Both the position numbers and the translations under genes were made by a program. DNA of 64,000 nucleotides from Candidatus Poribacteria bacterium. GTDB lineage: Bacteria > Poribacteria > WGA-4E > WGA-3G. The stretch is taken from the NCBI GenBank assembly GCA_009839745.1, contig VXPE01000070.1:24445-88444 (forward strand). The letters are read 5' to 3'. Below the pieces are notes generated by a model. The model had not been told where the DNA came from and searched no databases. It saw only the letters and a program-made list of their open reading frames with translations. Below are positions 18,501-26,698 of this stretch, piece after piece (positions within the stretch are counted from its first letter, which is position 1; each line of letters starts with the position of its first letter).

Positions 18501-19257
18501 AACGACAGTTCGACGCGATCCCCGCGATCCCACGTCCATTGTTCGCCTCCGCAGCGATGATACCGGAGACGTGTGTTCCGTGTCCAGTTTCATCTTCGGG
18601 ATCGTTATCGCGGACTGTCCAATCGCCACTGCCCGGAAGCGTCGGCGCATCGCTGAAATCCCATCCGTTTTTGTCGTCAACGTAACCGTTTCCGTCATCG
18701 TCAATACCATTTCTTGGAATCTCACCGACATTCTCCCAAATCCGTGAACGCAATTCAGGGTGCTGGGTGGCAATCCCGCTATCAACGACTGCCACCGTTA
18801 CGTGCGGTTTTCCTTGTTCTATATTCCATGCCTGCCTCATATTGAGGACATCCAGATTCCACTGCTCCACGTAGTTTGGATCGTTCGGGGGCGTTTCTGC
18901 ACAGAATTGGTTGAGACGATTCATCTCAACCGCTTCAATCGCACCGTGTCGTTCATACCGTCGTCGTAAAGTGTCCAATTGCCAATCTTTTGGAAACCGA
19001 ATCAGATAGATACGACGGAGCCGAGGGTGTCGTCCACCGGCTGTCGTGGAGGGAAAAACTGGGAAAACAGATACTGCCCCAAGTTGTCTGCTCAACCTTT
19101 CGAGATGCTCACCGGATGCATCGGGATGTAAACGGACGATCAATTCTCCCGGTGTTTCAGTGATGTAAGGAAAATCGCCCGAATTGCTTTGGGCAAAGAT
19201 TAATTGCGAATGGACAAATAGAACAAGGATATAGAGGTAAAAAAATTTCTTTGTCAT
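15580..19257 (-). CDS. S8 (subtilisin) family serine peptidase with FG-GAP/VCBS repeats and T9SS-type C-terminal sorting domain
   Basis: Catalytic triad contexts 'VAVVDSGI', 'HGTHVSGIIAA' and 'GTSMAAAHVSGVAAL'. FG-GAP motifs 'DTDNDGLIEV', 'DADADGTPEI', 'DFDGDGRTEI' and 'DMDGDGNAEF'. C-terminus 'VYPNPV...VYIYDVSGN...GVYIYVL'. N-terminal signal peptide. Confidence 0.88.
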   Translation of the reverse strand: MTKKFFYLYILVLFVHSQLIFAQSNSGDFPYITETPGELIVRLHPDASGEHLERLSRQLGAVSVFPVFPSTTAGGRHPRLRRIYLIRFPKDWQLDTLRRRYERHGAIEAVEMNRLNQFCAETPPNDPNYVEQWNLDVLNMRQAWNIEQGKPHVTVAVVDSGIATQHPELRSRIWENVGEIPRNGIDDDGNGYVDDKNGWDFSDAPTLPGSGDWTVRDNDPEDETGHGTHVSGIIAAEANNGRGIAGIASNCRLMPLRAGFKYGGGAYLQNDDLAAAIVYAADNGAGVINMSWGDTVRAFIIEDAVEYAHHRGCVLVGAAGNSATIGSYYPAALKSVISVAGLGQEKQLYDGSNFGATINIAAPGEEILSTALKGEYGKRDGTSMAAAHVSGVAALVLSANPNATNIRIQEKLIATAKPLFITELVGAGALDAYAALTETSTPLVAEINAQRTLQHAFGGEQSHGGVEIVGAEIAREVIFDRIEIIGSAGGTEFSEYWLEYGIGEVPELWYPLGTVQTEPKFRACLYKWDTSTLVEGGYTLRLSVKSENGDIKRVKAVVDVAHEVPLVIKHEAQPWLAGNRFNSVVMWETEALTTGKIQILEANGNINRTGHSDAENLLHFVNMSDLGVPPGTYVYRLAVKSSVGELHIDDNNGRLYQLGVDDTSIDISHLRQVASIDSGLHAIASPVDINRNGKLELFAVEMGTGAAHVLEIADDGTDEQIFSFPESLWPWAAADTDNDGLIEVLCNASGATFLLEQPAQGELPTERIWEARGQWSRTIADADADGTPEIFARDDVTNTISVYEAVENNDYRIVATLENPMWGNTGISANFATGDFDGDGRTEILAGDNSGRVFIHEATGNDEYRQTWIHTLPEGIPQLFATGDMDGDGNAEFAICAKTGTQVGTTQLDIRYHHWLLTVFKSEGDDIYRAVWTQRIRDVRDGGNGMTISDVNNDGRNELCIAVQPNFYLVQYDGIDYRPIWHHPSTSTFNPIVVDLNGDGVKALLFNSNNALTVFETSETVTPSPPSTSVSVAPTQRPRLHTAVHSPPNQLLLEFDKPMGISATNAGRYRLHKQGNSENGSQRYTPRSAILDKAGKRVVLTFSPEVFRTGNHYQIEALQLSDISGADLAEDARMLTIMLPAPMLAEVIVYPNPVITCNQVTFDKLPAGTDVYIYDVSGNCIASLTRTEYERDRRVWELFGVSSGVYIYVLSSEKDQRIGKFSVIR

Positions 19258-19413
19258 ATATCTTCTGTAATATTGCAGGATAGCACACCGTGTGCCTACT
19301 ATTTTCTCTTAAAAAATTGCAATTCTATATCTCTATATGATATATTAATGATACGTAATTCAGGGAGAAAAAACAAATTTTTCGCCCGTTGTAACATATA
19401 AGGAAATACAATC

Positions 19414-21051
19414 ATGAAAGCCTCAGAATTGATCGTTAAATGTCTGGAAAACGAAAGCGTTGACTATATATTCGGCATACCGGGTGAAGAAAACCTGGAT
19501 TTGATGGACGCGCTGTTAGAATCCAACATCCAATTTATTCAAACCCGCGATGAACGGGGTGCCGCCTTCATGGCAGATGTCTACGGGCGTCTCACTGGAC
19601 GCGCGGGTGTATGTCTTGCCACCTTAGGTCCAGGCGCTATGAACCTTGTCACAGGCGTTGCCGATGCGAATATGGATAGAGCACCTCTCGTTGCGATCAC
19701 CGGACAAGCGAGTTTAGACAGGATGCACAAAGAATCTCATCAATACATGGATGTCGTCTCCGTTTTCAAACCGATGACGAAATGGAATACGCTTCTTCAC
19801 CTCCCCGAAATCATCCCGGAATCGATGAGTAAAGCTTTTAAAACAGCGACCGGAGAGAAACCCGGCGCTACACACATCGACTTTCCAGAAGATGTCGCTA
19901 AGATGAAAGTTAGCGCGGAACCGATGCCACATGACTTTCCCAGCGAAACAGAACCCATTGTATCCTGTTTGCTGCGCGCTGCGCAACTGATTAACGATGC
20001 CAAGCAACCGATTATTCTCGCAGGAAACGGGGTTGTCCGTCAAGGTGCTTCCCGGATTCTGACCCAATTCGCCGAGATGACGAACATTCCCGTTGCACAC
20101 ACCTTTATGGGCAAAGGTAGCATTCCGTGGACCCATCGACTCTCCCTCCTGAGTGTAGGTTTACAGGCAAACGATTTCGTCTCCTGTGGATTTGACAGGG
20201 CAGACCTCGTCATCGCAATCGGTTACGATATCGTCGAATACCATCCACGTCTCTGGAATCCTGATCGGAACAAGAAACTCATCCATATTGATACACAACC
20301 GAGCGAAAGTGATGCCGCTTACGTCACGGATGTCGAGATGGTAGGCAACATCCGTCAGAGTCTCAGACACCTGATGGCACAAGAAATCTATCCTAAAGAT
20401 TCAGAGTATGCCTCGAACACCTTACGCAAAATTATACTCGACCAACTCGACGAACACCGCGAGGATATGGGATTCCCGATGAAGCCTCAAAAAATCTTGA
20501 GTGATGTCCGTTCTGTGCTTGCTGAAGATGACATCCTCATTTCCGATGTCGGCGCGCACAAAATGTGGATCGCCCGTATGTATCCGTGCTATCAACCGAA
20601 TACGTGCATCATTTCCAACGGTTTCGCCTCCATGGGCATCGCGCAACCGGGTGCTTTTGTGGCGAAACTTATCTATCCAGAACGCAAATGTTTGGCAATT
20701 TGCGGTGATGGCGGTTTCTTGATGAACTCGCAGGAACTCGAAACAGCGACGCGAATCGGGGTGCCCTTCGTCACGCTTATCTTCAATGACGAGGCTTACG
20801 GGCTTATCGAGTGGAAGCAGATGAACGATTTTGGTAGACCCGCCCACATCGACTTTACAAATCCCGATTTCGTCAAATACGCCGAAGCCTTCGGTGCAAA
20901 GGGCTATAGAGTCGAAGGCAGTGACGAATTGGTGCCTATCCTCAAAGATGCGTTCCGTCAGAAAGTTCCGTCAGTTATTGATTGCCCGGTTGATTATGCC
21001 GAAAATCTACGCTTAACCAACGAACTTGGGCACCTGACATGCCCGATTTAA
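19414..21051 (+). CDS. thiamine-pyrophosphate enzyme, acetolactate synthase AlsS-like family
   Basis: 'ASELIVKCLENESVDYIFGIPGEENLDLMDAL' and the TPP motif 'GFASMGIAQPGAFVAKL...ICGDGGFLMN'. Confidence 0.75.
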   Translation: MKASELIVKCLENESVDYIFGIPGEENLDLMDALLESNIQFIQTRDERGAAFMADVYGRLTGRAGVCLATLGPGAMNLVTGVADANMDRAPLVAITGQASLDRMHKESHQYMDVVSVFKPMTKWNTLLHLPEIIPESMSKAFKTATGEKPGATHIDFPEDVAKMKVSAEPMPHDFPSETEPIVSCLLRAAQLINDAKQPIILAGNGVVRQGASRILTQFAEMTNIPVAHTFMGKGSIPWTHRLSLLSVGLQANDFVSCGFDRADLVIAIGYDIVEYHPRLWNPDRNKKLIHIDTQPSESDAAYVTDVEMVGNIRQSLRHLMAQEIYPKDSEYASNTLRKIILDQLDEHREDMGFPMKPQKILSDVRSVLAEDDILISDVGAHKMWIARMYPCYQPNTCIISNGFASMGIAQPGAFVAKLIYPERKCLAICGDGGFLMNSQELETATRIGVPFVTLIFNDEAYGLIEWKQMNDFGRPAHIDFTNPDFVKYAEAFGAKGYRVEGSDELVPILKDAFRQKVPSVIDCPVDYAENLRLTNELGHLTCPI

Positions 21052-21057
21052 TTCACA

Positions 21058-21164
21058 TTATAGTAAAACCCGTAATTACCTTTACACTTTTTTGCATCGG
21101 CGAGGTTAGGAAACCTCGCCTACCGGGGGCAGAAGTGTAAACTTATTTTCAAAATCTACTATAA
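21058..21164. repeat. MITE-like nested palindromic element, copy B
   Basis: TTATAGTAAAACCCGTAATTA at the left end, TCTACTATAA at the right end. Inner inverted repeat TTTACACTT/AAGTGTAAA. Central hairpin GGCGAGGTT-AGGA-AACCTCGCC (21099-21120). Confidence 0.6.
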
Positions 21165-21408
21165 GGTGCGTCCGAATTTCGGTTTTCAGTGAATAACGTC
21201 TGCGCTATGATCTAACTGATTGAAGGATTACCCAAATTAGGGGGGAATCACATAAATCACGATAATCTCGGTTAAAAATTATAGTGGTAGATTTTGATTG
21301 TGCTGTGGCATAGAAAATGCTATTATCTTATTCTAACGTGTCGTAGTCTTTAGTTTATTTATTTCGAGATGTGCTTCGTTTTTTTAGAGGAGGGTTCTGT
21401 ACCAAACA

Positions 21409-22449
21409 ATGGCAGTTTCAACAATTGAATGGGTGGATGGCAGAATTCGGATGATTGACCAGACGCTGTTACCCAATGAATTCAAACAGATTTATTGCGA
21501 TGATCTCCCATCGGTTTGGGAAGCCATCAAATCCTTGCGTGTGCGGGGTGCGCCCGCGATCGGTATTGCGGGTGCGCTGGGTGCAGTAATTGGTATATGG
21601 GATTCCACTGTAAACACATACGATGCTTTTACCGCTGAACTTAAATCCGCGACCGATTATTTGGCGACCTCGCGACCGACAGCCGTTAATCTCTTTTGGG
21701 CATTGGACAGAATTACCCAGACAGCACAAGAGAACTGTCACCTTCAGATCCCTGAACTCAAAGAGGTCCTACTTGCTGAGGCTTTGAAGATTATTGATGA
21801 GGACAAAGCGATGTGCCGCGCCATTGGGCAGCACGGTATGGCGTTGCTAAACGAAAGTGATACAATTCTGACGCATTGCAACGCCGGTGGGTTAGCGACA
21901 TCCGACTACGGCACAGCGTTAGCGGTTATGTTCAGTGCGCACGAGGCGGGTAAGAAGATCCAAGTTTACGCTGACGAGACGCGTCCCCTTTTACAAGGCG
22001 CACGTCTTACGACATGGGAGCTCATGCAAGCCGGTATCGATGTGACGCTCATCTGCGATAACATGGCAGCACAGGTCATGAAAGAAGGCAAAATCCAATG
22101 TGTGATTGTCGGTGCCGACAGGATTGCCGCAAACGGCGACACCGCAAACAAGATCGGCACCTATAATGTCGCTATCCTTGCAGAAGCACACGGCATCCCT
22201 TTTTATGTCGCAGCACCGACTTCAACCTTAGACTTCGCGCTCGGCACCGGGGCAGAAATCCCTATTGAGCAACGTGCTGCGGAAGAGGTGACAGAAGGTT
22301 TTGGGAAACTTACGGCGCCTGAAGGCGTTAAAGTCTATAGTCCTGCGTTTGATGTCACGCCCGCGGCGTTAGTTACAGCGATCATTACGGAAAAGGGTGT
22401 GGCGCGCGCCCCTTATATAGAGAGCCTACAGGCTTTGAGAGACACGTAA
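21409..22449 (+). CDS. mtnA: S-methyl-5-thioribose-1-phosphate isomerase
   Basis: 'WVDGRIRMIDQTLLP', 'IKSLRVRGAPAIG' and 'GADRIAANGDTANKIGTY' (eIF-2B-like family). Confidence 0.9.
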   Translation: MAVSTIEWVDGRIRMIDQTLLPNEFKQIYCDDLPSVWEAIKSLRVRGAPAIGIAGALGAVIGIWDSTVNTYDAFTAELKSATDYLATSRPTAVNLFWALDRITQTAQENCHLQIPELKEVLLAEALKIIDEDKAMCRAIGQHGMALLNESDTILTHCNAGGLATSDYGTALAVMFSAHEAGKKIQVYADETRPLLQGARLTTWELMQAGIDVTLICDNMAAQVMKEGKIQCVIVGADRIAANGDTANKIGTYNVAILAEAHGIPFYVAAPTSTLDFALGTGAEIPIEQRAAEEVTEGFGKLTAPEGVKVYSPAFDVTPAALVTAIITEKGVARAPYIESLQALRDT

Positions 22450-22458
22450 AGTTTCAAG

Positions 22459-23748
22459 TTATGCGGCGTCCGCAATGTTCAAGCGAGTGCCACTTATATC
22501 GAAGCAGTCGTACTGGTTCGTGTGCATAATCCGGGTTGCAAACGCCATTGCCTGTTTTTCAGAGAGGTACCCGTCCGCAATCTCGGCTTCAAGGGCACGT
22601 TGAATTTCGTTTCGCGCTTGAATCGCATACGCCATCGCGCTGGTCGGCCATCCCGTATCACCGCCGAAAGCGAACAATTTATTTGACGGGACGGCATGGA
22701 TGCACCGGCGGAGGAAATCACGCGAACTATACGGATCAATGCTCCATGCCCAGCAGAAATCGACCCAGATATTACGGTAATGTTTGGCGAGGGCGACGAG
22801 TTCATCGTTATAAGGGTAGGCGATGTGCATCAATACAAATTTCGCGTCGAGATACCGAGCGAATAAGGCGCACATATTGCCCGCAGGGATACGTCGCACT
22901 GGCATCCGATCGTTGCCGGCATAATAACCCGTATGAATCTTGAAAGGGAGGTTGTGTTCAATCGTGAGTTCAACGCCGCGCGCCCAGCACCAATCGCCCA
23001 GACAGAGGCGTGTCGCTTCGTCGATTTCTGGAGCCGGTTTCGTGAGTACAGCATTAAGCGCAGTAGCAGCCTCGGCATCGCTTCTTTCAATCCAGTCGAG
23101 CGTTCGATTGTAAGCGTGTTGTGATTTTACTGCGATAGCACACGGGGCGTGCTTGGCGAAAATCGCCGCCATAGCAGTCTTAAGGGAAGTTAGATCGTTG
23201 ACTTCGACCCCTGTTTCTGCATGAATAGCACTTGGATCGACTTGTCCGTTACAGAATGTTGCCCACGAGAGATCGTAGAGGAAAAAATCGGGACCGGAGG
23301 TGTCCGGGTCACACTGCCAACTGAAATCGTCCGTTTGAATATGGTCAAGATTCGCGAGGTCGTGTAAAATGTGATAACGTTTACCGGGGGCGCGAAGTCC
23401 TTTTAGATTATTGGCACCCGCGAGCCCATCGCCTGTCAGTTCGTCGAGTCCATAGATGTGTTTAGCGATGAGGCTGACCGCCTCGCCATACCCCGTAAAC
23501 TGCGTCGCTTCCCAGGCGTCCCGGATACCTTCAAACCGTGATGCGACATCTTGAGAGGCGTCCATCAGGTTGCGCATCGCTTCTGGAGACACCCCGGCTG
23601 TTACCAGGTCGGCAGGCACATAATTTCCGAATAGGTCTTGGAGGATATCGGGTCCGTTCTCAACCCATTCGATTTCGCGCTTCATGTGTTCGTGTGTGTC
23701 AACAAGACGAATAGATTGAATATGATGTGTCAGGTCGGTGGTTTCCAT
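22459..23748 (-). CDS. amidohydrolase-superfamily metal-dependent hydrolase
   Basis: 'LVDTHEHM' H-x-H metal motif at the start of a TIM-barrel-sized protein. SD AAGGAG lies upstream. Confidence 0.65.
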   Translation of the reverse strand: METTDLTHHIQSIRLVDTHEHMKREIEWVENGPDILQDLFGNYVPADLVTAGVSPEAMRNLMDASQDVASRFEGIRDAWEATQFTGYGEAVSLIAKHIYGLDELTGDGLAGANNLKGLRAPGKRYHILHDLANLDHIQTDDFSWQCDPDTSGPDFFLYDLSWATFCNGQVDPSAIHAETGVEVNDLTSLKTAMAAIFAKHAPCAIAVKSQHAYNRTLDWIERSDAEAATALNAVLTKPAPEIDEATRLCLGDWCWARGVELTIEHNLPFKIHTGYYAGNDRMPVRRIPAGNMCALFARYLDAKFVLMHIAYPYNDELVALAKHYRNIWVDFCWAWSIDPYSSRDFLRRCIHAVPSNKLFAFGGDTGWPTSAMAYAIQARNEIQRALEAEIADGYLSEKQAMAFATRIMHTNQYDCFDISGTRLNIADAA

Positions 23749-23803
23749 ACAAGGTCTCCTTTAGAAACTGAGAGCAGACGACTCGCAGTCTCATACTTGA
23801 TAC

Positions 23804-23832
23804 TTGACAAACGTGTTGAATTATGATTTAAT
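23804..23832 (+). promoter_or_regulatory. sigma70-type promoter for the cold-shock-domain gene (long 5' UTR)
   Basis: TTGACA (23804-23809), 17-nt spacer, TTTAAT (23827-23832). This leaves a leader of about 195 nt, as is typical for csp genes. Confidence 0.4.
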
Positions 23833-24032
23833 ATATAAATACTTTGGTAATTTACCGTTCCTTTCACTGTTGTAGAAGGAAGTGGGTTTCCAAAAGATGA
23901 GATCTGCTCTATTTATTGTATAAAGGGTAGAGTTGTTATGTCAAGAAAAACCGTAAATAAGGAATGCTCGCGCAGGAACACGAATGGTTAACGTCCCGCG
24001 CCTGAAACGGGATAAGGCCACAGGAGCATAAA

Positions 24033-24992
24033 ATGCCTACAGGACGGATTAAGTACTACAATTTCGATAAAGGTTTCGGATTTATCGCGCAAGACAGCAG
24101 TGATGCAGATGTTTTCCTACATAGTTCTGCTATTAAGCAGCCCGAATACGAGGAACTCCGGGTCGGACAGCGCGTAAAGTACAGCATTATTGAAGGTGAG
24201 AAGGGGCTTGTTGCCCAAAACGTCGAAGTATTGTTAACACCAACGGAACGCAGATGGTTACGCCAAGGGAAAGCAATTATTCCGCGCGGTTACGCAGGTT
24301 TCCCGGGGCAGGGACAGGGCCAATTTGTCAGTAATGAGCCAACGACTGCCGCCAATTATGAGACTGACGCATCAAAGCCGACTCGGAATCGTCGTACCCC
24401 TGAGGCATCTGTAGCACCTCTGGAACCGGCAGCAAAACCATCCCGCAATCAACGTGCCTCGACGAAAGATTCAAACGATCCGGCAGCACCGACACAAGAG
24501 ACACCAGACGCATCTTCAAAGCAACTCAGTTTTGGGGATCTCTATATCCTTAAGCAGATTAATTTCGAAACATCCATGTTTTTTGCGTTGTATAATCACG
24601 TCCAACTGCCTGCGACTGTCCTTGAAATGACGCTCTCCAGTTTGACGCTCAACAGCAACGGGAAAGAGCAGCAGATCACCAAAACGGATGTTAAATACTG
24701 TTATAAAGACGTTGATGCAGAGAGGGTTCAGGCATCCGTTGATAGCGATGCTGCTGTGAAGGCACAGAAACTGACACAACTCACTGCTGATGCGCAGGTC
24801 CCTGAAATTGATACCAAAGCCGTTCGGCTCGCCCGAAAAAATGGAACTTCGATTGAGGTTACACTCCGTGAGGGAGAGATCTTTCGTGGCATTATAGACT
24901 GGGTCAGCCCTTATGAGATTAAGCTCATTTTAGAGAACGGTTCCAAGGTTGTTATCTTCAGGCACGCTGTGTATAATCTGACCATAGATTGA
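24033..24992 (+). CDS. cold-shock domain protein with low-complexity linker and Hfq/Sm-like C-terminal domain
   Basis: CSD 'GRIKYYNFDKGFGFIAQDSSDADVFLHSSAI' (RNP1/RNP2-like). A P/T/A/S-rich linker. C-terminus 'IEVTLREGEIFRGIIDWVSPYEIKLILENGSKVVIFRHAVYNL' resembles the Hfq Sm1/Sm2 motifs. Confidence 0.8.
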   Translation: MPTGRIKYYNFDKGFGFIAQDSSDADVFLHSSAIKQPEYEELRVGQRVKYSIIEGEKGLVAQNVEVLLTPTERRWLRQGKAIIPRGYAGFPGQGQGQFVSNEPTTAANYETDASKPTRNRRTPEASVAPLEPAAKPSRNQRASTKDSNDPAAPTQETPDASSKQLSFGDLYILKQINFETSMFFALYNHVQLPATVLEMTLSSLTLNSNGKEQQITKTDVKYCYKDVDAERVQASVDSDAAVKAQKLTQLTADAQVPEIDTKAVRLARKNGTSIEVTLREGEIFRGIIDWVSPYEIKLILENGSKVVIFRHAVYNLTID

Positions 24993-24999
24993 CACTACC

Positions 25000-25569
25000 A
25001 TGAAAGCCTATTACGAACTCCTTGATGAGATTCAGCGTGATGTCGAACGTTTGCGTCAAGAATCAGGGGGCACCCCGTGCCCATCTACCTGCTTTTCCTG
25101 TTGTCAAAACACCGCAACTATGGCGATCAGCGAGGTCGAGGCGCGCGACTTAAAGATCGGATTGGAAGCACTCCCTGCTGAAATCCGCTCCCATATTCGT
25201 CGGAAGGCTGAACAGAGCATCAGAAAATTGAAGGCGCACGGCTATGACGTTGAAAATATAATGCCGGATGCTGGCATGGAAGCCATTGGGGTCATAAAAG
25301 GCACGCCTGAAGGTGAATGTCCTATGCTTATCGGTGGGGTTTGCGCTGTTTACGAACACCGTCCGGTCATCTGCCGTGTCTGGGGGTATCCGATTCATAG
25401 CAGCAACACGTTAGCCTGCTGTCACAAAACTTTCATCGGAAAACGTCGTCGCTTCCATCCACTCAGTTACGATCGCTACTGGAAAGTGTGTCAGAATCTT
25501 AGCACGGCGTTGGGTGCTACCCGGAAGACCCCCAACTGCTATCTCGTCTCGCAATTGCTGTCAGAATAA
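25000..25569 (+). CDS. YkgJ/UPF0153-type cysteine-cluster (zinc/iron-chelating) protein
   Basis: 'CPSTCFSCCQN' and 'CPMLIGGVCAVYEHRPVICRVWG'. Confidence 0.6.
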   Translation: MKAYYELLDEIQRDVERLRQESGGTPCPSTCFSCCQNTATMAISEVEARDLKIGLEALPAEIRSHIRRKAEQSIRKLKAHGYDVENIMPDAGMEAIGVIKGTPEGECPMLIGGVCAVYEHRPVICRVWGYPIHSSNTLACCHKTFIGKRRRFHPLSYDRYWKVCQNLSTALGATRKTPNCYLVSQLLSE

Positions 25570-25599
25570 CGCACACACGATTCCTATACCTATCTCTTC

Positions 25600-25630
25600 G
25601 GTGAGGTTAAAACCTCACCTATTTTTGTTT
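25600..25630. terminator. intrinsic terminator (GGTGAGGTT hairpin variant)
   Basis: GGTGAGGTT-AA-AACCTCACC followed by TATTTTTGTTT. It lies between convergent genes. Confidence 0.6.
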
Positions 25631-25639
25631 GAACGCATC

Positions 25640-25957
25640 TTAAATTTCAGGTGGGTTTTCGCTCAATTCACGCAAAAATTGGAAGGTGTAAATTCCGGTC
25701 CGGTGTCCGTCGTTCCATATCAACCGCACAGCGTAGCGTCCGACTCGCTGAATGTCCAAAAGCCGTAGGTTTTGAAAAAAATCGCCAGAGGGTAGGATGT
25801 GGAAAGGATCTTTGCCGACTCGCGTAGCCTCACAACGGGCACACGGGCATTTTTCCCGGAGGAAGCGGTAGGACAATTCACTGTGATGTGAATCTTTCCA
25901 TTGGATTTCTAAGCTTGTCCTGCCTCTTTCAATGCGGGTGGGTTGGAATTTCTGCAT
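25640..25957 (-). CDS. DUF971 (gamma-butyrobetaine hydroxylase-like N-terminal) domain protein
   Basis: 'LEIQWKDSHHSELSYRFLREKCPCARC'. SD GAGGA lies upstream. Confidence 0.7.
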   Translation of the reverse strand: MQKFQPTRIERGRTSLEIQWKDSHHSELSYRFLREKCPCARCEATRVGKDPFHILPSGDFFQNLRLLDIQRVGRYAVRLIWNDGHRTGIYTFQFLRELSENPPEI

Positions 25958-26083
25958 GATAATTCCTCAAAGAAAAGGTCTGCCCTTTACAAAAAAACGG
26001 TTACTGATCGTGGGACCGAAGACAGTCTCGCGAATCAGCAACCGTTCAACGCGTTGTGATCGAAGGATTATTCCTACTATCCG

Positions 26084-26341
26084 TTACTCAAAGTACTCCG
26101 CATTGATATCAATGAACTCTTCCCATTCTTCGGGAACATCTTCCTCCATGAAGATGGCTTCGACGGGACATTCGGGCTCGCATACACCACAATCGATGCA
26201 CTCCTCGGGGTCGATGTAGAGCTGATTTGTTTCCTCAAATTCGTCAGCATCGGGTAGAGGGTGAATGCAGTCGACTGGGCATACATCAACGCATGCACTG
26301 TCCTTAACGTCGATACACGGTTCACAAATCACATACGTCAT
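26084..26341 (-). CDS. ferredoxin (FdxA-like, two Fe-S cluster motifs)
   Basis: 'CIDVKDSACVDVCP' and 'CIDCGVCEPECP'. SD AAAGGAG lies upstream. Confidence 0.88.
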   Translation of the reverse strand: MTYVICEPCIDVKDSACVDVCPVDCIHPLPDADEFEETNQLYIDPEECIDCGVCEPECPVEAIFMEEDVPEEWEEFIDINAEYFE

Positions 26342-26587
26342 ATCAGAAAACTCCTTTCGGCTTGATTTACAATAAGAGCCTCCATATCACACCGGGCTTA
26401 ACTTCATTGAACGGACGAGGTTAGTCCCTATTTGATGAAGGCGTTACAAAAATATCGTCGTATGTGGCATTTTGTATATTGTCTGCTGAGTTGCGATCAG
26501 GACACTATAATAATACCATAAACAATTTATTTTGTCAAGTTATATTTACAACACCGCAGAAACCTTCAGTTTTCAGTATAGAAAAAA

Positions 26588-26616
26588 TTGACAATTCTCA
26601 ATTTTTGTGATACTAT
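26588..26616 (+). promoter_or_regulatory. sigma70-type promoter for recJ
   Basis: TTGACA (26588-26593), 17-nt spacer, TACTAT (26611-26616). Confidence 0.5.
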
Positions 26617-26698
26617 ATTCATAATCGGAAAGGTGTCGCCTTGTAAGCCAGTGTATTGCAAAGCGTGGGTCTTCCATCTTAACAATAGAAGGGATGTC

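Noticed and set aside
17869-18747. 292-aa plus-strand ORF (and other plus-strand ORFs across 15.8-19.0 kb).
   Set aside because: They lie antisense inside the 1225-aa S8 peptidase gene. They are Arg/Ser/Cys-rich shadow ORFs with no motifs.
21165-21408. Looked for an S-box/SAM riboswitch upstream of mtnA, as in the Bacillus methionine-salvage genes.
   Set aside because: None of the conserved S-box blocks is visible. The region is A/T-rich spacer.
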